DNA of 64,000 bases from the NCBI GenBank assembly GCA_965219455.1, contig OZ244744.1, positions 5,280,001 to 5,344,000 on the forward strand, written 5' to 3'. Made by a program: the position numbers and the translations under genes. Position 1 is the first letter of the stretch; each line of letters starts with the position of its first letter. Under the pieces are notes generated by a model. The model ran no database searches. It had not been told where the DNA came from and saw only the letters and a list, made by a program, of their open reading frames with translations. The DNA comes from Candidatus Latescibacterota bacterium (GTDB lineage Bacteria; Latescibacterota; UBA2968; GCA-2709665). Shown here in pieces: positions 10,605 through 20,800 of this stretch.

Positions 10605-11074
10605 CGGCGTCGCTCCTCAACGAACGGGGCGCCGGCGGCTTCTTTGCCGACCGACTGGACCCTTCGATTCGGGATAGAAGTAGAACCCCCGGCGCATCGC
10701 GTGTTCAGAAGCACCGCGGAACGGATCAAGGGCGGGAATGGCGCAACGGTAATGCGGCGCATCGGCTCCGTGCGGCAGTCCAGCGGATGCCGGTTTACGC
10801 CAGGACGCGATTCAACTGTTGTCAGAGAGTACGGAGAAAGCGCTTGGCCGTCAATCGGTTTCCATGCTTGCAGACGTGTTTCCTTTGAGACGCGCGTCTT
10901 TCACCACCTTCGAATGTGGAAAAACGCATTTCAGGATTCGCCGGACGTCGTTTTCTGGGAGTTGACGAGGGTCGGAGCAGGCCGTCCGGACCCCGCGTTT
11001 ATTTCCGAATCAGGGCTTGCAGGGCGGTCACCGACCATTTCAAACAGATGTCACAAGATTGGAGCGGGTAGCTT

Positions 11075-13546
11075 ATGACGGACGTGTTTCAACCACTGGA
11101 TTTGAAAGCCTGTTTGAATTCCGGAACGGAGAATATCGAGACCGCGGCGACGGAGAGGCCAGGGTTCAGTGGCTTACACCGCCTTCCGGGCGGAGACTGC
11201 CGTTTCTGGGGCGTACCGTTCGCGCTGGGGGACCGCGAGGAGCGTCCCGGCGGACCGGCGTTTATCCTGGTTTCAGGGCGGCCGGATGAGCGGATTGCAG
11301 GTTCCGTTTCCATCGCCGTTGGCCGGAAAACGCGCCGGGTGTTGTTCGCCCACGTCTGTGCGCCCGTTGATGGAACCGAGACGAGTCTCGAAGGCACAGG
11401 AGAGTCGATCGGCAGATACCGGATCGACTACGACTCAGGACATGGTGTCGAGCAGGAACTGAGGCGGCGGTTCGAGATTCACGACCTGTTCGTGCCGTGG
11501 GGCCACCATCCCTTTCTCTGCCGGAATTGCCGCGAGTTTCTCCCGGTGACCCTGGACGACCGGACCCTGCCGTACGGCGCGGCACAGGTGGGTGTCAGGT
11601 CTGAAAGCAGCGACCTGACGGGCTGGTGGCTGTACAATTGGGAAAATCCGCATCCGGAGAAGACAATTCGGACAATCGAAGTGGTGGCGTCCCCCGAAGC
11701 CGCGATGGCTCTTGGCGGAATCACCCTCTGCCAGGAGGGAAACGACCCGTTTGCGTGGCATCCGCGCCGCGAAGTGGCCGTTTCGACGGAACACGAAGAC
11801 GAGATCGCGGTAGAGATGGATCGAGGTGTGATCGCGCGACAGGACTGTCTATACGCGCCTGAAGAGGATTACCTGGAGACGGATGAGGCGGGGTGGGGTG
11901 GCGGCAGTCAGGCGTTTCGGGAGGGGCGTTATCTGGAAATCCACGGGTCACGGGAAGGGCGGCTGAACATCCGGAGCGGGGAATCTGACGCGACGTTCAG
12001 GTGGGGAGAAGTATTGGATAATAAAACTGCGCAGCGCGGTTCCGTTCGCGTGGAATTGGTTGCTCCGGCCGGCAAGCAGTGGGTGCATGTTCGCGTGAAC
12101 GACGCGAAGGCCGGCCGGCCGGTGGGATGCCGGATACACTTCCGGTCTCCTCACGGCGCTTATTTCGCGCCGCATGGCCATCAGGCGGACGTGAATACCG
12201 CCTGGTTCGAGGATATGGGGGGCGACTGCAAGGTGCGCGGCACGCCGTACGCGTACATCGACGGTACCTGCCAGGTCGAACTTCCCGTGGGACCGGTTTA
12301 CGTGGAGGTGGCGCGCGGATTCGAGTATGTTCCTGTGCGGAAGCTGGTGGAGGTCAAACCGGGTCAGCGGGATCTCTCACTGGAGATTGAACGGGCATTC
12401 GATATGAAAGACCGGGGTTTCTATTCCGGCGACACCCACGTGCATTTTCTGTCGTCGCAATCCTCCCATCTCGAGGCGGCCGGTGAGGACCTGAACGTGG
12501 TGAACCTTCTCGCCAGCCAATGGGGTCGCCTGTTTACCAGTTGGGAGGAGTTTACGGGAGGCTTGGCGCCGACGAGCAGCGAGTACCACAAGATCTGGGT
12601 GAGTCAGGAAAACCGGCAGCATGTGCTCGGGCACATCAGCCTGTTGGGACTCAAGGAAATGGTGGCGCCAATGGGTACCGGAGGCCCTCAGGAGGATTGG
12701 ATTGGCGGTGAGATCCAGGTCCTGATGGCGGATTGGGCGGAAGCCTGTCGGCGGCAGGGCGGGCTTGTGATTATGCCGCATATGCCAACGCCCGATTTCG
12801 AGAATGCCGCGAATATTGTGCTCGGCCAGGCCGACGCCGCGGAAATGTGCTGGATATGGCAGGGGGAACGGATCGGCGCCGGTGAGCGCGGGTACTACCG
12901 CTGGCTGAACACGGGGCAGAAGCTTCCGATCGTGGGCGGGACGGATAAGATGTCGAACGGACGCATCCTGGGCGGATCCCGCACGTACGCGAAGCTGGAC
13001 CCTGCCGACGGGTTTACGTTCGAGAACTGGTGCAAAGCGGTCAAGCGCGGGACGACATTCGCCAGTACCGGCGCGATGATCGATCTCAGGGTCGACGGAA
13101 CGCCGATGGGAGGGGAGATCGCGCTGCCGGGTAACGGGGGAACCGTGGAGGTGGTCGCTACCGCGGAAAGCGTGTGGCCGTTGACCGCGGTGGAACTGAT
13201 TGTCAACGGGCAGCGCGTAACCAGGCAGGATGCGGCAGGCGACCGCAGGACGGTGGCTGTAAAATACGACATGAAGGTGGAAAAGTCATGCTGGGTGGCG
13301 GCACGGTGTTGGGGTGAGTACGCAACGGACGCCGGCCCGGTAATGGCACATTCATCGCCGGTCTACATCGACGTGGGTAACCGATGCGCGTTCGAATCCA
13401 CGGACGGCGAATATCTGTTGACTCATATGGAGGGCGGAATCGCCTGGGCGGAGAAAATCGGCGTATTCCGTGACGAGAGAACGCGCGCGCGGCTGATCGC
13501 GCTCTTTCGACAGGCCCAGGAGGAGTTGAAGCGGCGGGTGACGTAG
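11075..13546 (+). CDS. CehA/McbA-family metallohydrolase (paralog of 5690-8191)
   Basis: RGFEY, YSGDTHVH, ENRQHVLGH, GGTDKMS, AHSSPVY. Confidence 0.8.
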   Translation: MTDVFQPLDLKACLNSGTENIETAATERPGFSGLHRLPGGDCRFWGVPFALGDREERPGGPAFILVSGRPDERIAGSVSIAVGRKTRRVLFAHVCAPVDGTETSLEGTGESIGRYRIDYDSGHGVEQELRRRFEIHDLFVPWGHHPFLCRNCREFLPVTLDDRTLPYGAAQVGVRSESSDLTGWWLYNWENPHPEKTIRTIEVVASPEAAMALGGITLCQEGNDPFAWHPRREVAVSTEHEDEIAVEMDRGVIARQDCLYAPEEDYLETDEAGWGGGSQAFREGRYLEIHGSREGRLNIRSGESDATFRWGEVLDNKTAQRGSVRVELVAPAGKQWVHVRVNDAKAGRPVGCRIHFRSPHGAYFAPHGHQADVNTAWFEDMGGDCKVRGTPYAYIDGTCQVELPVGPVYVEVARGFEYVPVRKLVEVKPGQRDLSLEIERAFDMKDRGFYSGDTHVHFLSSQSSHLEAAGEDLNVVNLLASQWGRLFTSWEEFTGGLAPTSSEYHKIWVSQENRQHVLGHISLLGLKEMVAPMGTGGPQEDWIGGEIQVLMADWAEACRRQGGLVIMPHMPTPDFENAANIVLGQADAAEMCWIWQGERIGAGERGYYRWLNTGQKLPIVGGTDKMSNGRILGGSRTYAKLDPADGFTFENWCKAVKRGTTFASTGAMIDLRVDGTPMGGEIALPGNGGTVEVVATAESVWPLTAVELIVNGQRVTRQDAAGDRRTVAVKYDMKVEKSCWVAARCWGEYATDAGPVMAHSSPVYIDVGNRCAFESTDGEYLLTHMEGGIAWAEKIGVFRDERTRARLIALFRQAQEELKRRVT

Positions 13547-13586
13547 TCTGTCACTGCCTCCATGTTACATGCAGACGGGGGGATCC

Positions 13587-14393
13587 ATGCAATTCAAACT
13601 GGGATACAGTACACTCAGGTGGCAGGAGCCGGATCTGGAACCGGCGCTGGAAACGTTGAAAAAAGCAGGATGGGACGGCTGGGAGGCACGGATGCCCGCG
13701 GACTGGCTGGGGCCCCCTTCCCGGTTGCGGCGCGTGTGCGAAAACGTCGGACTGCCGATGGCGGTTTATACCGCCAGTGGATCACCGGATGTTCGGGATT
13801 GGGCGCACGTGGAGCGTAACCACCGCCGCATGGAATACGCGGCGGAAGTGGGTGCCGACTGCTTTATGTTCATGAGCGGCGTCAAACCGGCCGGCCGGTC
13901 GGTGACGGAGGACGACCTCACGGCGGCGGCCGAGGGCGCGGAAGCGTGGGCGGAATATGCGGAGTCACTGGGTCTGGAAATCAGCTACCATATCCACACC
14001 AATACGCTGGTTGATTCCGTGGCCGACTGGAAATTCTACTCGGAGCGGCTTCGGAAGGCGAGGCTGTGTATCGACGTGTCCCACGCCAAACTCTGGGGAT
14101 ATGATCCGTCCGATTCGATACGAGACTTCCGGAGCCGGCTGAATTACATGCACCTTCAGGATTACGCTTCTACCTCGCGGGACGAAAGCGGTCGATACGA
14201 TCCGGTCTGGTGCGACGTGGGCGAGGGGCCGGATGTGGATTTCGTGGCGATTCGAAGGGCGCTGGTGGAGATCGGTTTCTCCCGATGGGTGACGAGTTGT
14301 CCGGGAATCCCCATACCCGGTGCCGATGACCCGATCAGTGAGGCCAGGCGAAGCCGGAAGACATATGCGTTTTTGCGACGGATCGGATATTGA
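13587..14393 (+). CDS. Sugar phosphate isomerase/epimerase (AP endonuclease 2 TIM barrel)
   Basis: SYHIH, CIDVSH, YMHLQD, VGEG motifs. Confidence 0.8.
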   Translation: MQFKLGYSTLRWQEPDLEPALETLKKAGWDGWEARMPADWLGPPSRLRRVCENVGLPMAVYTASGSPDVRDWAHVERNHRRMEYAAEVGADCFMFMSGVKPAGRSVTEDDLTAAAEGAEAWAEYAESLGLEISYHIHTNTLVDSVADWKFYSERLRKARLCIDVSHAKLWGYDPSDSIRDFRSRLNYMHLQDYASTSRDESGRYDPVWCDVGEGPDVDFVAIRRALVEIGFSRWVTSCPGIPIPGADDPISEARRSRKTYAFLRRIGY

Positions 14394-14585
14394 ACCGGGT
14401 GTGAAGGACAGGAACCGACGACGGGCCCGAAGCCCTGTGTATGTGTCATTTTGGCATAAATCGTCAGGCGAATCGTTGAAAATAAGACGAAATGGCATAT
14501 TCTGTTTTTGTCGATTTCATTTTCTGAAATCAATCAAAATTCTTGATTCTTGCTAATTGGGCACCCGTTGAACCGGGGTCGAACG

Positions 14586-14627
14586 ACAAAGAGGCCGGGG
14601 AAGAAACTCCCGGCCTCTTTGTTTGTT
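14586..14627. terminator. Bidirectional intrinsic terminator between convergent genes
   Basis: ACAAAGAGGCCGGG...CCCGGCCTCTTTGT stem. Confidence 0.7.
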
Positions 14628-14641
14628 ATCCCGAATAACCG

Positions 14642-15475
14642 CTACGTTTCGGGATCCATCCAGGGTGTCCAATTGCTCAAAGATAGCGCGCCGTCGGCGA
14701 CAATCGTCGTTCCGGTGATGTATGCCGCGGCCGGAGAACACAGGAAGAGCGTGATGGCCGCGACCTCGTCCGGGTCCGCGAACCGGCCGGCGGGGACATC
14801 CCGGAGGGCCACTGATTCGAAGCCTTCGCGTTGGAGGGGCTTGAATTCGTGCTCCCGAAGGCCGGTGGTGTCGACAAAGCCCGGAGCGATGGCGTTGACC
14901 GTCACCTTTCGGCCGGCATAATGGTAGCCCAGGGTCCTGGTCAGGTTGACCACGCCCGCACGGGCGGCGCCTGAGTGGGCAAAAGGCGCTGCGCCCCGCT
15001 CGAGTGCGTATATATGTACGATGTTAACGATAGATCCGTAACCATTCCTGGCCATGTGGGGTCCGATGCGGCTGCACATGTTCCAGGTACCGTTGAGGTT
15101 GAGATCCACGACCGCCCGCCATCCCCCATCGGTGATCTCCGACGGACGCGCGGGGTACTGGCCGCCGGCATTGTTGACCAGAAAGTCGATGGCGCCGAAT
15201 TCGCACAGCGCGGTGGAGACAAGGTCTTCAACCTGTTCGATTTTCCTGATGTTGGTGGGCAGGGCCAGGCATCGGGCGCCGATGCTGGTAATTTCCTCGG
15301 CGGCGGACGCGAGAGGTCCGGGATTTCGTCCGGCGATTACAGTTTGCGCCCCCAGCCGCGCGAACGCGAGGGCGATTCGTCTGCCGATTCCCCGGCCGCC
15401 GCCGGTTACGAGCGCGGTTTTCCCGGCGAAGAGATCGGGAGCGAATACGGCCAGGGCTGCGGAGTCGGACTTCAT
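14642..15475 (-). CDS. SDR oxidoreductase (trans-2-enoyl-CoA / 2,4-dienoyl-CoA reductase-like)
   Basis: TGGGRGIG, NNAGGQ, AHSGAARAG, NAIAPG, YITG..ADG. Confidence 0.85.
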   Translation of the reverse strand: MKSDSAALAVFAPDLFAGKTALVTGGGRGIGRRIALAFARLGAQTVIAGRNPGPLASAAEEITSIGARCLALPTNIRKIEQVEDLVSTALCEFGAIDFLVNNAGGQYPARPSEITDGGWRAVVDLNLNGTWNMCSRIGPHMARNGYGSIVNIVHIYALERGAAPFAHSGAARAGVVNLTRTLGYHYAGRKVTVNAIAPGFVDTTGLREHEFKPLQREGFESVALRDVPAGRFADPDEVAAITLFLCSPAAAYITGTTIVADGALSLSNWTPWMDPET

Positions 15476-15697
15476 CGGGCGTTCTTCAGGACGGAATGGA
15501 GGGTGGACTACGGACGACTCGCAAAGATACGCGATGGGCGGGCTGAATTCAACCGCTAATGACATCCGCCGGGTCTGCCAAAAAAACAGTCGTGCAGACA
15601 CTCATGCCGGCGCCCGCCGCACGATCACACGTTTCCCGGTGGGTGAGCGCGGGTGTTTCGCAGTCGGGTGGTCGACGCATGAATCACCCATTTCCTA

Positions 15698-15834
15698 TTT
15701 CGCCCATCAGACCGTGAAAAGCGCTCCACGGGGTCGGTCTGGACTGTTGCAGAGAAACGAAAGGAGGGCGTGACAGACCATTTTTCGCCCATCGGGCCGC
15801 GAAAAGCGCTCCACGGGGTCGGTCTGGACTGTTG
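15698..15834. repeat. Tandem direct repeat of ~52 bp, period 85 bp
   Basis: TTTCGCCCATC..GAAAAGCGCTCCACGGGGTCGGTCTGGACTGTTG at 15698-15749 and 15783-15834. Confidence 0.9.
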
Positions 15835-16075
15835 GCGTGACAGAAATCCCTTGTGCCCGGAGACCGGATACATATCTTCCGCTTCGGGACCGAGATCTGA
15901 AACCGACAGGATTGGCGGGCGTCATAGGAAGTGCCGGCGACGGGCGAGCTACCAACTGCAGACGTGACGTCGCACGCCGGCGGACCAGCCTGCCCGCGGA
16001 CGTCGCCGAAACATGATTGGTCATCTGTTGAACCATCGTCCATTCCCGTTGAGTGACTGAACAGGATGTAAAGAT

Positions 16076-17830
16076 TTGATTTATGTCAGAGCCGTCGTCG
16101 CCATGGTCTTTTCCTGTATCCCCCTTGCCCTTTCCGGACAGGAAACGAAGTCTGCCATCGTCGAAGCGATTGCGATCGAGGGGAATCGGGTGCTTTCCAC
16201 CCGGGATCTCAAGCTGCTGATGTTTACCCGCGCGAGCCCTTGGTACGAAATTTTCCCGGGTGTAAGCGACCGGCGTTTCGTTCTTTCCGTGTTTCGATCC
16301 GATCTCGCGCGGATTACCGCGCATTACTCGGACATGGGTTATGTCGACGCTGTCGCGGATACGGTAATCGACAGGACGCGCCCCGGTTTCGTCCGGGTAC
16401 GTATCCGTATCGAAGAAGGAGAGCCGGTGCTGGTAAGCGGCGTCGGTCTTGAGGGGTTGCCCGCAGATGCCGAGCAGGACAGCACGCAAATCATGGCGGC
16501 GTTGAACACCAGGCAGGACCGGCCATTCACCCGGGTGGGAAGAGAGGCGGACCTCAAACGGATTTCGGACAGGATGCAGAACAACGGCTATGCCTTCGCC
16601 GAAGTCGCGGCGGAGGTGTCGATACAGGGCAAGCGTGCAAACGTGACGTTTCGAGTCAGGCCTGGACCCACGTGCCGGTTCGGGCAAGTACGAATCGAGG
16701 GCAACCGAAAGGTTTCAAAGGGTCTGGTCCTGAAAGGCCTGACCTTTCGGGAGGGAGATGCATACAGGAAGAAAGACCTCTTGAACAGCCGGCTCCAACT
16801 CTATCGCTCTGAAGCATTTCGGTCAGTTTCACTCGGCATCCCCGATACGGTTGCTCGTACAAGCCCGGTGGACGTGACCGTTGAGGTAAGGGAGCGTCCC
16901 GCGCGGAGCCTGAAACTGGGGGCGGGTTACGATACCGAAGAGCGGTTGAGGGGCCAGCTTGCGTGGCGGCACCGGAGTTTTCTGGGCAGCGGCGCCCGGC
17001 AGTTGACCGTTGAGTCTTCCGCGTCGGCGCTGGAAGCTCGGGCGAACGTCGGTGTACGGCAACCCTACATACTCGGGAGCAGGACGTGGTTGGAAATGAC
17101 GGGTTTTGTGGAGCAGGAGCGACCGCAGGAAGTCCGGGTAAAGCGTGGGGGCGCCAGCGCGGCGCTTGAACGGACCTTTCGGGCAACCGGGCGAGTCGTC
17201 TTCGAGGCGAGGACCGAAGTCGTCGAATTCGAGTTGGACAGCACCCGCGCAACTTTTTCGGTGGAATATCTTGAAGACAGACGAGATGATTTTTTCGACC
17301 CGCAGCGGGGCCTGCTGGCCGAACTCTTGGTGAAAGCGGCGGGAGTCAGAGAGTTCCTCAAAATATCGGGCGAGGTCCGATGGTATCGGAAGCTTTTCTG
17401 GAAGAGCGTACTGGCCTTGAGGGTTTCGGGAGGGATGATCCTGAACCGGGAAACCGTGGCGTCGATACCTAAGTTCGAACGGTTTTTTGCTGGCGGGGCC
17501 AACAGTGTGAGGGGATGGAAACTGAACCGGCTCGGCCCGAGGGACGCAACCGGCGAGCCGTTTGGCGGCAGGAGTATGCTCGAAGGAAGCATCGAAGTCC
17601 GCGCCCGGCTTCTGCCCGGTTTTGGTGTGGCCGCATTTGTGGATGCGGGCAACGTGGGATCGGATCGGTTCGACGCCTTCGATCCGGGCCGCCTGCGGCT
17701 GGCGGCAGGCGGCGGCGTGCGCTATCTCAACCCCGTAAGCCCGGTACGGCTCGATTTCGCGTACCGGCTGTCTGAAGATCCGGGCCAGCCTCGCCGGCGG
17801 ATCTATTTCAGCCTGGGACAGGCGTTCTGA
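16076..17830 (+). CDS. tamA: Omp85/TamA-like outer membrane protein with POTRA domains
   Basis: Signal peptide, POTRA repeats, RFFAGGANSVRG, C-terminal FSLGQAF; followed by tamB. Confidence 0.8.
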   Translation: MIYVRAVVAMVFSCIPLALSGQETKSAIVEAIAIEGNRVLSTRDLKLLMFTRASPWYEIFPGVSDRRFVLSVFRSDLARITAHYSDMGYVDAVADTVIDRTRPGFVRVRIRIEEGEPVLVSGVGLEGLPADAEQDSTQIMAALNTRQDRPFTRVGREADLKRISDRMQNNGYAFAEVAAEVSIQGKRANVTFRVRPGPTCRFGQVRIEGNRKVSKGLVLKGLTFREGDAYRKKDLLNSRLQLYRSEAFRSVSLGIPDTVARTSPVDVTVEVRERPARSLKLGAGYDTEERLRGQLAWRHRSFLGSGARQLTVESSASALEARANVGVRQPYILGSRTWLEMTGFVEQERPQEVRVKRGGASAALERTFRATGRVVFEARTEVVEFELDSTRATFSVEYLEDRRDDFFDPQRGLLAELLVKAAGVREFLKISGEVRWYRKLFWKSVLALRVSGGMILNRETVASIPKFERFFAGGANSVRGWKLNRLGPRDATGEPFGGRSMLEGSIEVRARLLPGFGVAAFVDAGNVGSDRFDAFDPGRLRLAAGGGVRYLNPVSPVRLDFAYRLSEDPGQPRRRIYFSLGQAF

Positions 17831-17881
17831 AATATCGCGTGCGTACCGGTCGAAACCGACCGGCACATTTAACCATCTGAC

Positions 17882-20800
17882 GTGATGCGCGGGTTTGCCG
17901 TGGCAAATCTAACACTTATGAGACGTATCTTCAATATAGCTGCACTCATCGCGGCCGGGGCGATCGTTGCAACCGGGATCGGACTGCTGGCCCTCGGCTC
18001 GGGACGGATGAACTCCTATCTGAAAGACTACGCGCAGCGCCGGCTCACCAGCGACCTGAACATTGCGGTGGAAATCGGCGCCCTGCACGGCAACCCCTTA
18101 AAGGGATTCCGGTTAGAACGTGTGCGATTCGGTGCCGAGCCGGAACCACTCCTGACTGTAGACGCGGTGGAAGCCCGGTATCGGTTGACGGCATTGCTGA
18201 GGGGATCGGTGATCGTGGACAAACTCGTCCTGGCCGCCCCGAAGGTCCGGCTCCCGGAAGGCTTGGTCGCCGCGGATTCCGCTGTCAGCCTGCTGCCGGC
18301 TTCCGACCCTGCTTGGTGGAAAGAGGCTCCGAATTGGGATATCCGCATCCGCCATGCGGAGGTCGTGGATGGCCGGATTCGCGCAGGCGAAGGTGGATGG
18401 GTCGACAGCCTGGATGCGGTCCTGGGGTTTCAGGCCGGTCCGGCAGGATACGAGTTGGCGTTACGCCGTTTCAGGTCCCTTCTCTTCGACCCTCCTCTGG
18501 TAATCAGGGACCTGTCCGGGCTGACCCTGCTTTCCGACGGACGGCTCAGACTTGAGGGACTTCGGCTGCAGACGCCGGGCTCCCACGTCCGGATCGACGG
18601 AACATTGAACGGGTTGTCCCATCCCGAGTACGATTTCGTGCTGAGTGCGGATTCACTGGCGTTTGACGAGATGGAGCGGATTTTCCCCGGGACCTGGACC
18701 TATCCACAGGGAAGTCTGGTCGCCGGCGGCAGGGTCTGGGGCGATCCCTCGGACGTGAACCTCGATCTGAAATTCAATTACGGGACGGCCGCGTGTGCTG
18801 TTGCGGGTTCGGTTGGTTTTTCACAGGAGGAGGTTACTTACGATATCCAGGGGACCGCAACAGGGATCGATCTGGCTCGGATCGGGCCGCAGTGGGGGCT
18901 GGACGCCAGCTTTGACGCGGCGGTAAAGCTGAAGGGTCGTGGCCTGGACCGGCAAACGGCCGATGTTTCCCTTGGCGGCGCAATCTCCGCGTCACGCCTT
19001 TTCGGCGTTGCCGTGGATACGGCGAACCTGGAGGCGTCGTTAAGGGGAGGGCGGTTACTGATGAACCTGAGTGTAGAAGGGGAGGCGGGAGGGCTGGCCG
19101 CCACGCTGAACGTCGACAGGATGCAAGCGGAGCCGTACTACGAACTGAGAACACGCCTTGCACACATTAACCTGACCCGGGTGTCTCGGAATTTACCAGG
19201 GGTTGTCGACCTCACGGGCGATATTTCGCTGAGACGGTCGGGCGATGGGCTATGGCGAGGCGAAGCGGGGTTCGACGTCCTGAAATTCGAGGGGCTGCCT
19301 CTGGCAACGGGACTCGCGCTTCGCGGATCGTTCCGGAAGGGCATTGTTAACCTCGACAGTATAGGCGTGAGACTGTCGGACGGATACGGCGTGGTCAGGG
19401 GACACGGCCGTATGGATCTGGGGCAATTCTGGAGCCCCGATGAAAGACAGCCCACCTACCGGGCGGGCCTTCGGGTGGACGGCCTGGCGCTGGAACGGCT
19501 CCTGGGCCGACCGGGCATCCTGGAAGACGTGTCACTGCAGATCGGACTCGACGGCGCGGGATTTCATCCGGATTCGGCGAAGGCCAGTGCGGACGTGATC
19601 GTGGAAGCATCGCGGTTTCTCGGCGGAAAACTGGATAGCGCGAGGGCGACGGTGGTTCAGCGGGGTCGCCGGACGATCGTGGATCGGCTGTTTCTTTCCG
19701 GTACGCGAACGCGCGTCGAAGGCAGCGGTTGGTTCACGCCTGGCGACAGCCTGAACCTCCGCGCGACCGGGCAGGTTATCGACTTCAGAGCGCTTGACGG
19801 CATCGTCGGACCGGGGCTGTCCGGAACGCAGGCTTCATTTGTGGCGCGCATCCATGGTACGTGGACGAAACACGTTTCCGTGGTGGATCTGCTGGCTGAC
19901 AGCGTGAATTACCGTGGTGTTCCGATCCACGGGGTCAAGATTGGGATGACGGGGCCGCAACTGCCATGGGGGGATGTGGCGGTCCGTGCGGATTCTCTTG
20001 TGTGGGGTGGACGATCGGTCCACGACCTTTCCGTGAAACTGGGGCTGAATCGAGATGGGGTATCATTTGTACTGGGCAGCCGCCCGGACGATATCGATCA
20101 CCTCCATCTCGCGGGTCGGGCGGGGTGGGCCAACGGCGGATACAACTTGAAACTCGACTCGCTGGCCGTGGGTATCGGCGGCGTGTCAATGTCCAGCGAA
20201 GGCGCCACACAAATGACGTATCACCCCGAAGAAGGGGTATCTGTGGAGCGTTTCCGGCTGGTCGGGGACGGCGGCGCGATTCAGGCGCGGGGACACAGCG
20301 GACAGAACGGAGGCGTCTCCGTGAGTCTCAAAGGCGTGGATCTGAAGATATGGTCGGGGCTCCTGGGGATGGCAGGCGAGTTGCGCGGGATGCTTACGGG
20401 GAGGATCGCGTTTTTCGGCACGCTGGACGATCCCCGGGTGAAAACAGAGTTGGTTTTTCGGAATGGCGCCGTTGCAGGTGTCAGTTTGAAGGAAGTTTCA
20501 GGAACTCTGGCGTATGGAAACAGGCGCGCGGCGGTGGACCTGAAAGCGGTGCAGTCCCCAGGCAGGGAGGCCGCGGCGAAAGGGCAGTTTCCGCTGAATC
20601 CATTGTCGGAAGGATGGGACGACCTGTTTCCCGAGGGGCCCGTCAACCTTTCGCTGAAATCCGGCGGGATCGATCTGAATTTTCTTCCAGAGGTCTTGCC
20701 GGCGGTGCAGGACGCGCAGGGTACTTTGTCCGCCGACCTGACTTTGAAGGGGACACCGCAACGGCTTCATCAGGATGGATGGATAAGGCTCCGCGATGCA

